Shown one piece after another: positions 1-12,719 of a stretch of DNA of 64,000 bases (its first letter is position 1; the number at the start of each line of letters is the position of its first letter). The translations under genes and the position numbers were made by a program. Where the stretch lies: NCBI GenBank assembly GCA_964016885.1, contig OZ024740.1:157914001-157978000 (forward strand), given 5' to 3'. The notes under the pieces were generated by a model, which saw only the letters and a list, made by a program, of their open reading frames with translations, did no database searches and was not told the origin of the DNA. The DNA comes from Eledone cirrhosa (taxonomy: Eukaryota).

Positions 1-206
1 CAGCCAATTGCACGTTAATTTCACAATTAAGCTGTTCCGTTGATCACAGCAACTTGAACACTCGTCGTGAATCGATGGAGGTCCAACATGTATACACTAA
101 GATATACAGACACACACACCCATATGTATATCTGTATGTGTCTGTGTGTGTGCATCTATCTGTGTGTGTGCGTGTGTGTGTGTGTGTGCATGTGTGTGTG
201 TATGTA

Positions 207-238
<32 letters not shown>

Positions 239-481
239 TGTGTGTGTGTGTGTGTCTGTGTGTGTGTGTGTTATTTTTATCTTAAATATTTGTTTCATAG
301 ATTTGTATTTGTTTTATTATATACACGTCAGTGTGTATATATATATACAAAGATATATACAAACACGGAAACGCTGCTTATAAACCCACCATTACCAAGA
401 GGTTAAATCGGATTGACCAATTTGCATATACAATACATTTTTGTCATTCGTGCGCATAAGTATGAATGTGTATTTTTGTGT

Positions 482-560
<79 letters not shown>

Positions 561-595
561 AAAATGAGTTTTGTTTTTAAAGAAAAAAATGAATG

Positions 596-897
596 TATAA
601 GGAAAAGGAATTAAAATGCAACTGAAGTCTTTTAAGAATATTTATTTACTTACTGGTTTCACAGTTCATATGATTTTCAAAAGTAACATTAAGATGGAGG
701 GTTTGTGTTTCTGTTGTGGTTAGTCTCGTGAGACAAAAGACAACAGAAACACAGATGCGAGACAAACCACAACAGAAACACAAACCCTCCATCTCAATTT
801 TACTTTTGAAAATGATAACAACTGTGAAACCGGTAAAGTAAATAAATAAATTTTCTTAAGAGACTCCAGTTGCTTTTTCAATTTCTTTTCCTCATAT
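596..897. repeat. Fold-back inverted repeat (arms ~596-728 and ~758-897) carrying a degenerate hammerhead-like motif in each arm
   Basis: gatggagggtttgtgtttctgttgtggttt is mirrored by aaaccacaacagaaacacaaaccctccatc; the arms extend imperfectly to ~135 bp; flanked by (TA)n. Confidence 0.85.
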
Positions 898-1129
898 ATA
901 TATATATTCGTGTATATATGTAGTTATGTGTGTATTTTTATATATAAATATATATGTATATATATACAAGTTAATATAAATTAATATATTTGATAAACAC
1001 AAATACCAACATATCCGTGTTTGTATTGTAAATGACTAAGTTAGCTAGCTACACGGCTCAGAAATACTTCTTTCTTTGAGCTATTTCATTGTAAAGGACT
1101 GCCTGAGTTTTGAACTCATTATTAATAGT

Positions 1130-1449
<320 letters not shown>

Positions 1450-4023
1450 ATTGCAGAACTCATATGGTTGCCATGTTAAGGAGACACTTATAATAAAATA
1501 CATAACATTCATCTTTAATATTATAAAAACTAACTCGTCACCAGAGACTAGAAATTATAAGTTTTCATCTGCATGAAAGGTAGGGTTCCTGCGTCATCTC
1601 ATTCTTCGGTACATGTCAATTTGAATATACGCCAGCGTCACTGTACCCTTGACTTGTTAGTGTAGGGGCTCTAATACAATGAATAACGATTTGAAGGCCA
1701 TTATTCTTGCTTTAGTTTAGACCCAGGTCAGCTCTGACAGAACAATTTTGTTTACCTCTGTAGATTGTTTTAGCAACGAAATATTTGTTTTTTCTTTAAT
1801 CAAATCAGTGTATTGTTATTTCTGCCGTTCTTTAAATACCATCAGCACCCATCAGTTGTGCGATCTCACAATCTTGTCTACATATATATACATTTTACAC
1901 AGTTGATACTATAGATCTCATGCTGTGACACTACGCAAACGGTATTTCAAACCATACGTTTCTTCTTCAAACATAGAAAAACAGTTCAACCCCTTACAAA
2001 GCTCTAAATTATTGCTGCAGTTCAGTAAATCTCACCAGTGGTCGTTCAACTGCTCTCTCGCATGAACGTTGTTTATTTCAGTTCTCATATCTTTCAACTG
2101 ATCATAATACTCAAAGTTTTCAATACATACAACTTATCTCAGTTATCCACTCTTCCCATACCATTACGTCTGTTGCAGATATTAATAGATTATTATGGTG
2201 GATTGTCTGCACCTTTCAGTATCTTCATGCCAACACTTTGACTCTTCAAGTACACTTGACCTCTTTTTCATCGTCAAATACATTTACCCGGTCGTAACGG
2301 TCTCAATCTGTCTAGATAGATTATCTATCAAGTGCACCTGTCTCACATGTTCTTACATTTTCTTACAAATTCTGTCGTAAAGTAAATATTCAATACCTTT
2401 AAAATATTGAGTCTCTTTGCTTTCTCGGCAACCTTCAGTACGTTTTCATTGAGTCTGATCTACCAGTGACTTGCTACTTTACATCACCGAATATTGCCGT
2501 ATAACCATATGAACTTGATATGTTTGATGTCGATTGTGTTTAACAAAATACCCTTATTAGTAAGAAGCTCGTCTATGGATTCTGTATGTCTCTCACGGGT
2601 CAACGAATGAACTTCTGTGCAGCTACTCGATCTGTTAGATAAAGCACCCGACAAATTAGCCCTTGTTTTAAAAAATAAAACTTGGGTTAAGTGATCCGAG
2701 TTTCTCTGTACATAGAAAAGAAAATGGGATGGCCTTAACTGGAATGCTTTTAAGCATAGGTCACTTCAATCAGAGCTGACCTGGTAATAAACAATAACAG
2801 TTGTCATTCAACAGTTAGATTGAGTGAGTTATGACGGCAGAGATGCACTTTTACGAAAATGATATTATTGATCTCACTGTAACGACACGGAGATAACATT
2901 ACCCAAATTGCATCTAAAGCAGCAGGTAATGCAGGATAACACATTGAAAGGTGTTCTTTTTGTTTAGCTCTACCTTCTATTATCATCCATGGTGAGCCTC
3001 ATCACAGGCTTCTGTTTCATTAAATCTATCTCTTTGGAATTTAACCTCTGGCATCTCAGCCATCTTTTTTTTCCGGGAGACATCAACTGAAAAGAAGTCC
3101 AAACAAATCATAGATTATATTGGTCTCGCTAATCTACAAAGAACTGGAGGTGAAACTGAACGATGAATCTCATGTTCCGGTTATAAATTTAAAAACAAAC
3201 ACACACAAAATTCTGTCAATAACATCTGTTAATTTCATCTGGGTTTAAATTCAAAGTTCTTTAAATATTTCCTGAGTCGACCTTGAAGGTAACATTGCGA
3301 GTGAGTTGACTCAGCTGTCCATCTAAAAAGTGAATAAATTCTACATATACACATATATTAGATGTGATCGCTCTTTACGTCTTAAGAAGGACATATTGGA
3401 TAATGTATATAGGGTTTCCATACACCCGAAGAACAAAATAACCTAGACTGCCAATGACTGAACATATTGAATATAATAAAATATAGCCTGGGATAAATTA
3501 TGTCTGAATAAATGGGGTGATCACGGCAGGAATGTTCTTTGATAATAGGTCAAACTCGATCGAGGATATACGTCTGTAATGCTTATTCATAATCTCTATA
3601 ATATATAAATTCGCTCACTTTGCCAATAATCGATACAGGCTGGTTGTTGTTTTGTTGGGAGGGTTTGGGTGTGGTTTTGAAGGAGATGTTTGGTTTTTAC
3701 ATTATATCTTGTGCGGTGTGTGTCTGATAAGCGGGGTTGAACGTAAGTTTGTGTATTTAGTTTCCTTCAGTTCGAGATAGCATTCCTTTAATGTAGATTT
3801 CTTTATGTTAATTTAAGACAATTGCGGTTCATAGTTATTTGTTTAGATATTATTTGGTTTATTGGTTAGTCCGATTTCAGATGTCGCGTTTTACATCATC
3901 TGTAGAAGAGGAGGGAGAACTGACTTTGGCAAGATTTGAATTCAGAATATAAAGGAACGCCGCCCTATAAACTTAAATAATAATTATTAGACCGCGTTAC
4001 ATACACTCGTACACATATTTACG

Positions 4024-4113
4024 CATACATACATACATACATACATACATACATACATACATACATACATACATACATACATACATACATACATACATAC
4101 ATACATACATACA
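4024..4113. repeat. (CATA)n microsatellite, tail of the adjacent RTE-derived element
   Basis: Direct reading. Confidence 0.95.
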
Positions 4114-4720
4114 TGGTGGCTGCCAACTCGTTTTCGAGTACGGCCACTACTTTATATCCATGTAGGAGAACTCCTACCGATGCGCTAAACAAGTGTGACT
4201 TTTTAGTCCAGCCAGCGACTTGAAAACTCTGGTACAAACACTACACTTGTGACAATTATTGACCATTAGTGCTGGGCCCATGGTACCATGTGATGACAAG
4301 TGCAGAGAGATCTCCAGATATAAAGCAATGCCTGTGCTGTGAAGCTTTTATAGTGAGGAAAGGCACTGCACAAAGCCAGTCCCACTCTCTTAACCAAGAT
4401 GATATTTACCAAAAAGAAGAACAAGTCAACATCATTGGATACCATCAGGGTTGCAGGTGTTATATCAGAGTTTTCCTTCTCCTAGAATTCTGCCTTGACA
4501 AAGGCTAAGGGGTCATCTCTCCCGGTGATTTTGGATGGCCATTGACTCTTAAGAGCTCCTTTGCCCTTTGACAGGTTTTGTTTTTAGTCCTGCAGGATGT
4601 CCAGTCACCCTCCTCACCAAGAAACCTTGGTGGGGTTGCCAGTTTAGTCGCCAACGACCCGACCATGAGACAGGTTGTACTGGGATACATGTTACCAGTA
4701 GCACCAACTGGTGACCTGAC
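4112..4720 (-). mobile_element. Non-autonomous RTE-derived SINE-like element (RTE 5'UTR fused to RTE 3' end)
   Basis: Near-identical inverted copy at 29215-29823; contains the RTE 5'UTR motif ctaggagaaggaaaactctga; the 3' part translates as CHKCSVCTRVFKSLAGLKSH, a C2H2 finger like the end of the RTE ORF; (TATG)n on both sides. Confidence 0.85.
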
Positions 4721-4866
4721 ATACATACATACATACATACATACATACATACATACATACATACATACATACATACATACGTACATACATACATACATAC
4801 ATACATACATACATACATACATACATACATACATACATACATACATACATACATACATACATACAT
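4720..4866. repeat. (CATA)n microsatellite
   Basis: Direct reading. Confidence 0.95.
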
Positions 4867-4899
4867 AACCCCCCCCCCCAAGAAACATACATACATACA

Positions 4900-7800
4900 G
4901 TCAACCCGATCAGTCGCATATTTTGGTGTGGGAGATTATTCATTAAATTTGAGATGAATACTATCTCTGACAGTAATGCCACAACTACCAGTTATGTGGA
5001 ATAGCTGGCTATTCTTCTAACTATATCCACTGAAGACACCTTTTATTCGAATTCGTAGAGATATCCGACTAAATACATAATTCATTTTACAAGGATTTGC
5101 TACAAACAGCATGGCTGAACACAACATCAACAACAACAACAACATCAGTCGAGTACCGAAGAAAAACGAGAAAGGTAAACAAAATTTATTCAGTTGTAGC
5201 TACAGAAGAAACTGAAATTATAAATCGCATTTCTCTTGGAGTTAATTGTTATAAAATGGCAAAAAACAATCCCTCCATTGGCTATATGAACAGAATGAAG
5301 CTACACTGGGACGAAATACACCCAGAGCTAAATCACTTCACAACGAAACAATTACGCCAACAAGCGACGTTTGTTGAACGTAAAAATAAGATAAATATTA
5401 TTAATTGTAAGTCCTCCACAACAAACATGGAATCAACAACACGTGCTACAGGTCGCCATGCTACTAGACTTCCTAGCAGCCAGGTCGAACAGTGCCTTGA
5501 AACAACTATGCTTGTAAGAAATTTGACACCACGTGTACAACCTAACTCTACCTCGAATGCTGAGGAAAACACTATCGATAATAATAATAATCGAAGAAAT
5601 AATAATAATAATCGAAGGAATTTGACACCTCGTGTACCACCTGAGTCTACCTCGACTGTTGTCGAAAATACTATGGATAATGATAATAATCAAAAGTATA
5701 AACAATTAAACATTTCCCTCAACGAAATTTTCCAGAGAGAAATTAATTCGTGTATAAACATTTTTCTTGCTGAACGTATTAAAACAACAATATATAATAA
5801 AAAAAAATATATATAATGAAATATTACGTGTTATTGACGAAATAGGGGATGAATATTTACGACGGATAAAAACCCCAACATTTTGGCAAATCAACGCCTG
5901 TTTATATGCCTTAGCAACGACAGTGAAACATTATCTTGGTGATAGCAGAGATATTAACAAGAACAAAACACCACAAAAAATACCATAAAAAATACCACCA
6001 AAAAAAGATTGCTGATATACGAAAAACATATGTGACAATGCTCCTTTCATGCAAACAAACACAAAAATCTTCACTCCTCACCAACAAAGAGTGAAAAATA
6101 AAATATAGACGATGTTTGGTAACAGTAGAACCAGAACTCTTCAATATAAGCTGATCACCCTCAAAGAAGAATTGAGAACTGTTAGCGAAAAACGCCAAAT
6201 ACCTGCAGAAGGTAGATGAAAGAAAAGTGCTTAATAAAAGATTCAGACGAAACCAAATATCAGTCTATAGAGATATGAAGGGCAAAATAATATCGGAGGT
6301 ATCTTACCGACCTCTACAAACAAGTTCTTACGGGAGATACACTTATACCAGAATGGTTGACATTAGCACAAACATTACTGGTCACCAAGAACAAAGACAC
6401 CCACTTGGCAAAAGACTACCGACCCATTGCATGCCAGAACCTGATGTATAAGATGTATACAGCCTGCCTGAACCTATTCCTCCAAGACCACTGTGAAAAT
6501 AATAACATCATCACAGATGAACAAGCAGCTGGAAAGAAAGGGGTTTGGGGATGTGCTGAACAACTCCTAATCAACAAAACTGCGATGTCGGAGGTGTGAC
6601 AACTTAGGAGGAATATGGCTACAGTCTGGCTGGACTACAGGAAAGCTTTCGATTCTGTTCCCCACTCTTGGATGATAGAGGCCCTCCAACTTGCTAAAGT
6701 CCCAGACATTATTATCAAAGCCATACAGAAGCTGTCTTCTTCTTGGGCTACTATCCTAAGGTTAAAGACAGAGAAGGAGGACTCTATTTTCACTGATAAA
6801 ATAAAATATTTCAGGGGTATATTTCAGGGAGACAGTCTCTCTGTGATATTATTCATCCTGTCATCATTAAACCCCTTGTTCTTTCAGCTCAAGAAATGTG
6901 AGGGATACATCATTGGCTCACAGGACGACAGAAATACGAACCTAACCCATAATTTCTTTGTGGATGATCTGAAACTCTATGCCAAGAACATGGATGGGAT
7001 AAAGAAAAATCTTGACCTGGTTACAACGTTCTCAAAGGATATAGGAATGGAGTTTGGCCAAGATATATGCTCATGTATGACTGTAAAACGGGGAAAAACA
7101 ACAACCCAATCTAGCAACGTTTCACCGATATCTGATGAGGACTGCTACAGATAACTGAGGATAGATGAGAACATATCCTACAATGGTATCTGTAATAAGG
7201 AAGGCGTAGCAGGGAATACTACACCCGAGTAAGAAAGATATGGTCTTTGGAACTCTCTGCGCAAAACAAAACAATGGCTCACAATGTGTTTGTTGTGCCT
7301 ATCGTTTGAAATACTCAATTGGACGATAGACGAAATCCGAGCAATTTATGTTAGAACTCGAAAAATACTAAACAACACCGGAAACTTCCACATCAAAAGT
7401 GACATAGACCGCCTTTACTTGAAATGTAAGCAGGGAAGCAGAGGCCTAACATCAGTCCAGACAGCATTGAATGTCGCATCATATCCCTTCGACATCATCT
7501 ACGAACCACGAAGCGTAGGAGCCCGTCTCTCGAGCTAGTCTATCTGCATGAAACAGATAAGATCATGAGAGTTAGGAAGGAACTCCTCGAGAGATATTCC
7601 CTGTGTGATATTTAAAAACTCACACCCATGGAAGTCGCTCAGCAGTATCGCAGTGAATCCATGGATGAAAAACTGCATGCTTATCAGCAAAAAATCATGC
7701 ATGGATATGTTGCCAGGAAGCTCCATAGATAAGGAAAGTAATCTTGGACCAACAACCACTATATTGGCTCCCACTTTGAAGGATTCGCTTTTGCAATCCA

Positions 7801-8698
7801 AGAACAGGAAATCAATACGAAATACCTGATTCACAAAATAGATAGGGATGCAGGCAAAACACCTAGATGTGATAACAGGTGTAGACACTGCAGAATTAAC
7901 ATCGAAGATGTCATCCATGTCATAAGAAGCTGTCCAAAGATCTCATCGCGGTACTATCTACCTATGAGGCATGATGTAGTGGCCAAAACACTGTACAATG
8001 CAATCCGTAGAAAAGATAGCCCCGATAATAACAACATTAAAAGCTACAGCAATGTGGAAGACATACATATACATAATATGAAAGAGTATTGTGGAATGTT
8101 CCAGTAAAAACCCTAATAAAATGCAAGCATAACAGACCAGATATTTTGATATGGGACAGGGAAAAGAAGGCATACACAGTAGTGGAACTTAGCTGCCCAA
8201 CAGATGCCAATATAAGATCAAAGATTAACGAAAAGGAGAATATTTATGGAGAACTGATGAGAAATCTGCAGATACTCCACCCTGATTACACCTTCAGATG
8301 TATGCCTGTGATTATTGGGGCACTGGGATATGTTAGTACCTGCCTCAATACAAATCTTGAGAAGCTGGGCTTCACAGGAACAGAAAGAACACAACTATTT
8401 AGGAAATTACAAATACAATCCATTAATGGAACGGTAAAAATGTGTTAAACATTCCAAAAGATTTTGCATCTAATAACTGCATATACACATGTACAGATAC
8501 AAAGCATATACACATGCACTCATACAACTCAAAACATACACATACAATAACATCCATATCTACACATGCATGCAGACATGCATACATATCTACCTAGTTT
8601 ATGTTGTGTAAATTCCAATGAGAGAGCCTTGTGTCTATATTAGAAACCGACTTTCTCTCTATTGGCAAAAATTTGTGAAATTATAAAACCAGAAGAAC
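4900..8698 (+). mobile_element. R4/Dong-clade non-LTR retrotransposon, decayed (RT + CCHC + restriction-like endonuclease)
   Basis: ORF pieces: YRPIAC, WLDYRKAFDSVPH, GIFQGDSLS, FFVDDLKLY (RT), CRHC..HV..SC..RHD (zinc knuckle), NRPDILIWD..VVELSCP (RLE); many stops and frameshifts; ends in (CATA)n. Confidence 0.9.
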
Positions 8699-8749
8699 AT
8701 ACATACATACATATATACATACATATATACATACATACATACATATATG

Positions 8750-9210
8750 ATCGCTGCAAACACTGCTAAGAGTATTGCAATCGCTTGTGCACTTTACGCT
8801 ACGGCCAGCCACACAAATCTGTAACAGATACTGAACAAGCAATGCCTGTACTTTGAAGGGTTTTTTCAGTGGGGAAAGGCCTTGCACTCGACCAGTCCCA
8901 CGCTCTGAGCATAGAAAATACTACTCCCGAAAAGGAGAACTGGTCAACATCATCGGATGCTTCCGAAGCCTCAGGTTCTTTTTTTTTCAGAGTACCCCTC
9001 TCTTAGAAAGGTGTTGTGACAACAATTGGGTCCTTTCATTCCCAGGTACAAAAAAAAAAAGAAAAGTACTATTTGGATGGCCATTGGCTCTGCTGCGTTC
9101 CTCTGCCCATTGCCGGGTCTTGTATTTCATCCTGCAGGGTGTCTAAATATCATCCTCCTCTCCAAGCAAGCTTGGTGGGGTTGCTGGTTTAGTCACCGAC
9201 GACCCGACCA
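8750..9210 (-). mobile_element. Second family of RTE-derived non-autonomous element
   Basis: Shares 5' blocks with 4112-4720 (ggtcgggtcgtcggtgactaaacc, ccccaccaag, agagcgtgggactgg) but has a different 3' end; flanked by (CATA)n. Confidence 0.65.
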
Positions 9211-9232
9211 TACATACATGCATACATACATA

Positions 9233-9385
9233 CATGGTGGCTGCCAACTCGTTTTCGAGTACGGCCACTACTTTATATCCATGTAGGAGAACCCCTACCG
9301 ATGCGCTGAACGAGTGTGACATTTTAGTCCAGCCAGCGACTTGAAAACTCTGGTACAAATACTACACTTGTGACAATTATTGACA
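9233..9385 (-). mobile_element. 3' end of the RTE-derived element family (5'-truncated copy)
   Basis: Near-identical to 4112-4262. Confidence 0.85.
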
Positions 9386-9987
9386 CATACATACATACAT
9401 ATATGATTCATACATACATGCATACATACATACATGCATACATACATACATACATACATATATGCTTCCATACATACATGCATACATACATACATGCATA
9501 CATACATACATATATGCTTTCATACATACATGCATACATACATACATACAGAAACATATGTTGCTGATTACACAACTTGACGTACTTATATAAAAACAGT
9601 CACTTATCGACATACATTGGGGTACATATAGATAGGAATAGAGTGACCCCATTGATAAATTGTTTGCTATAATTTGTAGAAGTGAATAAATACAAGATTT
9701 GACGCCCGTTGGTATCGGAAGATATTGCTGTGATCCAACAATTGAAGCCCACCTGCTCATCAGTTTTCTCAAGATTGTGTGTGTGTGGGGGGGGGGGGGG
9801 GGGGGGGGCAATTACGTGTGCGTGTGCGTGTGCGTGTGCGTGTATGTGTGTGTGTGTGTGTATGCCTGTAAATATCTAAATCTCTCTCTGAATACATATA
9901 ACACGAAAAACAATTATACAGTCTTATTGAGGAAAAAAATGTGTCAACGTATCGGATATATATATATGTGTGTGTGTGTGTGGGTGT

Positions 9988-10416
9988 GTAAACATACCGT
10001 ATTTCTTTAGAAATACGAAATTCCAATACATATTTGTATACAGCTATGCCTGAAGCTAAATCCTAATTCTATTCTATTATAAGTTGAGCCAACTTATGCA
10101 GCTTCATAGGCAAATAAGATTACTCACATCATTTACATAGACGAGAAAACTTTATTTTTTCGTCACTTTTCAAGTTCAGCAGTCGCAAGTGTGAGGGAGA
10201 TTGTCCTGATGAGGACCAGTTAACTCCGAAATGCTTCGACGATTGTCCCCCTTGCTTCTGATGGATACCACAAGAGGGCGTTAGCCCCGGTGTTTTTTGC
10301 ATAGCTACGGCTTTCTAAATGTTTACTAGTAAACATACAGTCTTTCTTTAGAAATACGAAACCTCTGTACATATCTGTATGCAGCTATGCCTGAAGCTAA
10401 ATCGTATTTCTATTAT
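9988..10416 (+). mobile_element. Retrozyme/PLE pseudo-LTR-like unit: 341-bp monomer plus ~90-bp partial repeat containing a hammerhead motif
   Basis: Direct repeats at 9988-10080 and 10329-10416; no ORF; HHR motif at 10195-10249. Confidence 0.7.
10195..10249 (+). ncRNA. Type I hammerhead ribozyme motif (minimal stem III)
   Basis: gggagattgtc-CTGATGA-gga(ccagttaac)tcc-GAAA-tgct-TC-gacgattgtccc; stems I and II pair. Confidence 0.7.
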
Positions 10417-10419
10417 ATA

Positions 10420-10968
10420 CTAGGAGTGGTACCCGGCGTTGCACGGGATAAGGTATTTATCGTGGAAAACTGCATGCCTGGACAATATGTAAAGAAAATA
10501 AACCGAATATTCTGATGGCTGGATAATCTTTAAGATTTTACTCGATGAAGCAGGAAAAATGCAGGTTTTCACCTAATGCGGGCCCTAGAGGATCAAGAAA
10601 ATGAATTTTTTATGTGCATAATATGCCTTGAAATTTCGGCAAAATCGTCTAGACATAACGCCCCAAAAAGCCCTAAAAAGCTGAAAAAATGAAGTTTTTC
10701 ACCTAGGCCATAAAAAAGTTGGATTTTCTTTGCTCACAGTATGAAGAAGAGACTGACTAATACATAGTTACAATTTCAAGGAAATGGGTCTGACTTAACG
10801 CCTCGAAAAACCCCTAAAACCCTGAAAAAACGCAGTTTTTCACCTAGGGGATCAAAAGTTTAATTTTTTATGTGCATAACACTCCTCCCTGAAACATAAG
10901 TAATACACATGTAAAGTTTGAAAAAGTCGGTTGGGTACTTCTCGAGTTTTAGGGATTCAAACTCACAG

Positions 10969-11003
<35 letters not shown>

Positions 11004-11316
11004 TATCCTCAGGGAAGTGACGTAATGCAGACAGCCAGACATACAGACAGATATTATAAGGGCGCGACGGTATATGGATGTATCTATCTAAAAAGAGAAA
11101 GACTAAGAATTATAGAGAGAGATCGCTAAATCGCCTAATGCGGTCCGTAGGGCATTGAAAATTTGAAATTGTTTTTGCTCATAACACTCCCTAAAACATA
11201 AGTATTACATGTGTAAAGTTTGAAAACAGTTGATTGGGTGTTTCTCGAGTTTTAGGGATTCAAACTCACACACACACACACACACAGTCAGACATCCTCA
11301 GTTTTATATATATAGA
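10420..11316 (-). mobile_element. Non-autonomous Helitron (composite, with internal duplication)
   Basis: Minus-strand 5' TCtatatatataaaactgagg at 11316; 3' hairpin cccgtgcaacgccggg followed by CTAG at 10423-10420; (TG)n near the 5' end. Confidence 0.8.
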
Positions 11317-11353
11317 CTAGCAGAAAACCACCCACCGGGTGGTTTTCTGCTAG
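11317..11353. repeat. 37-bp palindrome made of two Helitron-like 3' ends (CTAG at both termini)
   Basis: ctagcagaaaaccaccc-acc-gggtggttttctgctag; second copy at 12954-12990. Confidence 0.85.
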
Positions 11354-11623
11354 TATATATATATATATTACACACACAGAAATGTATATATATTTCTGGG
11401 TGTATATATATATTACACACACAGAAATGTATATATATTTCTGTGTGTATATATATATATATATATTACACACACAGAAATGTATATATATTTCTGTGTG
11501 TATATATATATATATTACACACACAGAAATGTATATATATTTCTGTGTGTATATATATATATTTCTGTGTGTGTATATATATATATATATTACACACACA
11601 CAGAAATGTATATATGTTTCTGT
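11354..11623. repeat. Minisatellite of ~50-bp self-complementary units
   Basis: About five copies of ttacacacacagaaatgtatatatatttctgtgtgtatata. Confidence 0.9.
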
Positions 11624-12719
11624 AGTACTCCTCAATTCCCCCCTCTCCGTCTCGCTATCCCCCTCTTGTAGTCTGTCTCTTTCTTTCACTCTCACTCTCT
11701 ATCTACGCGTGCGCAAAAAACATTCGCACGCGCGCACGTGTTTTAGCGTCTATTCACTCTCTCTCTCTCCCTCTTTCCCTCCCGCTATCCCCCTCTCGTA
11801 GTCTATCTCTTTCTTTCACTCTCACTCTCTCTCTACGCGTGCGCAAAAAACATTCGCACGCGCGCACGTGTTTCCACTGTCGGTCAGACAGACAGAGAAA
11901 TTGATGGTTACATAGTTTCATATACATATGTAACTATGTAAATCATCATCATCATCCCCATTATATATATATATAATATGGGCCGAAGCCGAAAAAAATT
12001 TTGTTTGGCAGCTCTAATTGCGCCTTAATTTTATTCAAAAAATTGTATACTAACATATTCGAATACCAGGCACTATTGGAATCAACAATAGCAGCGTCCT
12101 GAGGGTCATTACAAAACACAAATTCGCGAGAATTAGTGTTTAAGTCTTGGAAGGTGGTAAAAAAAATCCACAAAATCTTCCATTATTTTTTTTTTTTTAT
12201 TTATTTTTAATAATATTTAAATAACTGGCGGTTAGAAAAAAATATTCCTATGAAATTTTAATCATACCATTAGGTGTGAATAAGGAAATATTTTTTTATT
12301 GTCAAAACAAATGTTCAAAAGTTAAACTTCAATTTTTTGAATTATTTCCAATTTTTTCATGAAATTGAACACTGGACATTGGCTGCTGGAAATGGAAATT
12401 AAATCGTATTTAATTGTATTTAAATTTCTAACCTTATTTTATTATTTATATTTTTTCAATAAGAAATAAAAAAAAAACAACAAAAAAATTGAAGAAAAAA
12501 ATTGAACAAATCAAACGTAGGTTATGGAACTGCACAATCTGGTTAATAAATTACCTCATCAGCAGCAACCTTCTTCAAATAGTCCTTATTATCAGCAGCA
12601 ATAACCATAAATTCAATGGCAACCTTCTTCAAACCACAAATTCAATGGAAACCTTCTTCGCATGGTGTCAAGTCAGAACCGCCTCGAACTGGTTACTTCT
12701 GGCTTGTGCAAGGTGTCTC

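Noticed and set aside
1990-2400. Possible ancient CR1-like 3' remnant and nearby SINE tail fragments (1600-1750, 2570-2800, 3290-3560)
   Set aside because: Too degenerate to support boundaries or identity by eye
11354-11623. CRISPR-like array of palindromic repeats
   Set aside because: Spacers are only (TA)n, the context is eukaryotic and there are no cas genes
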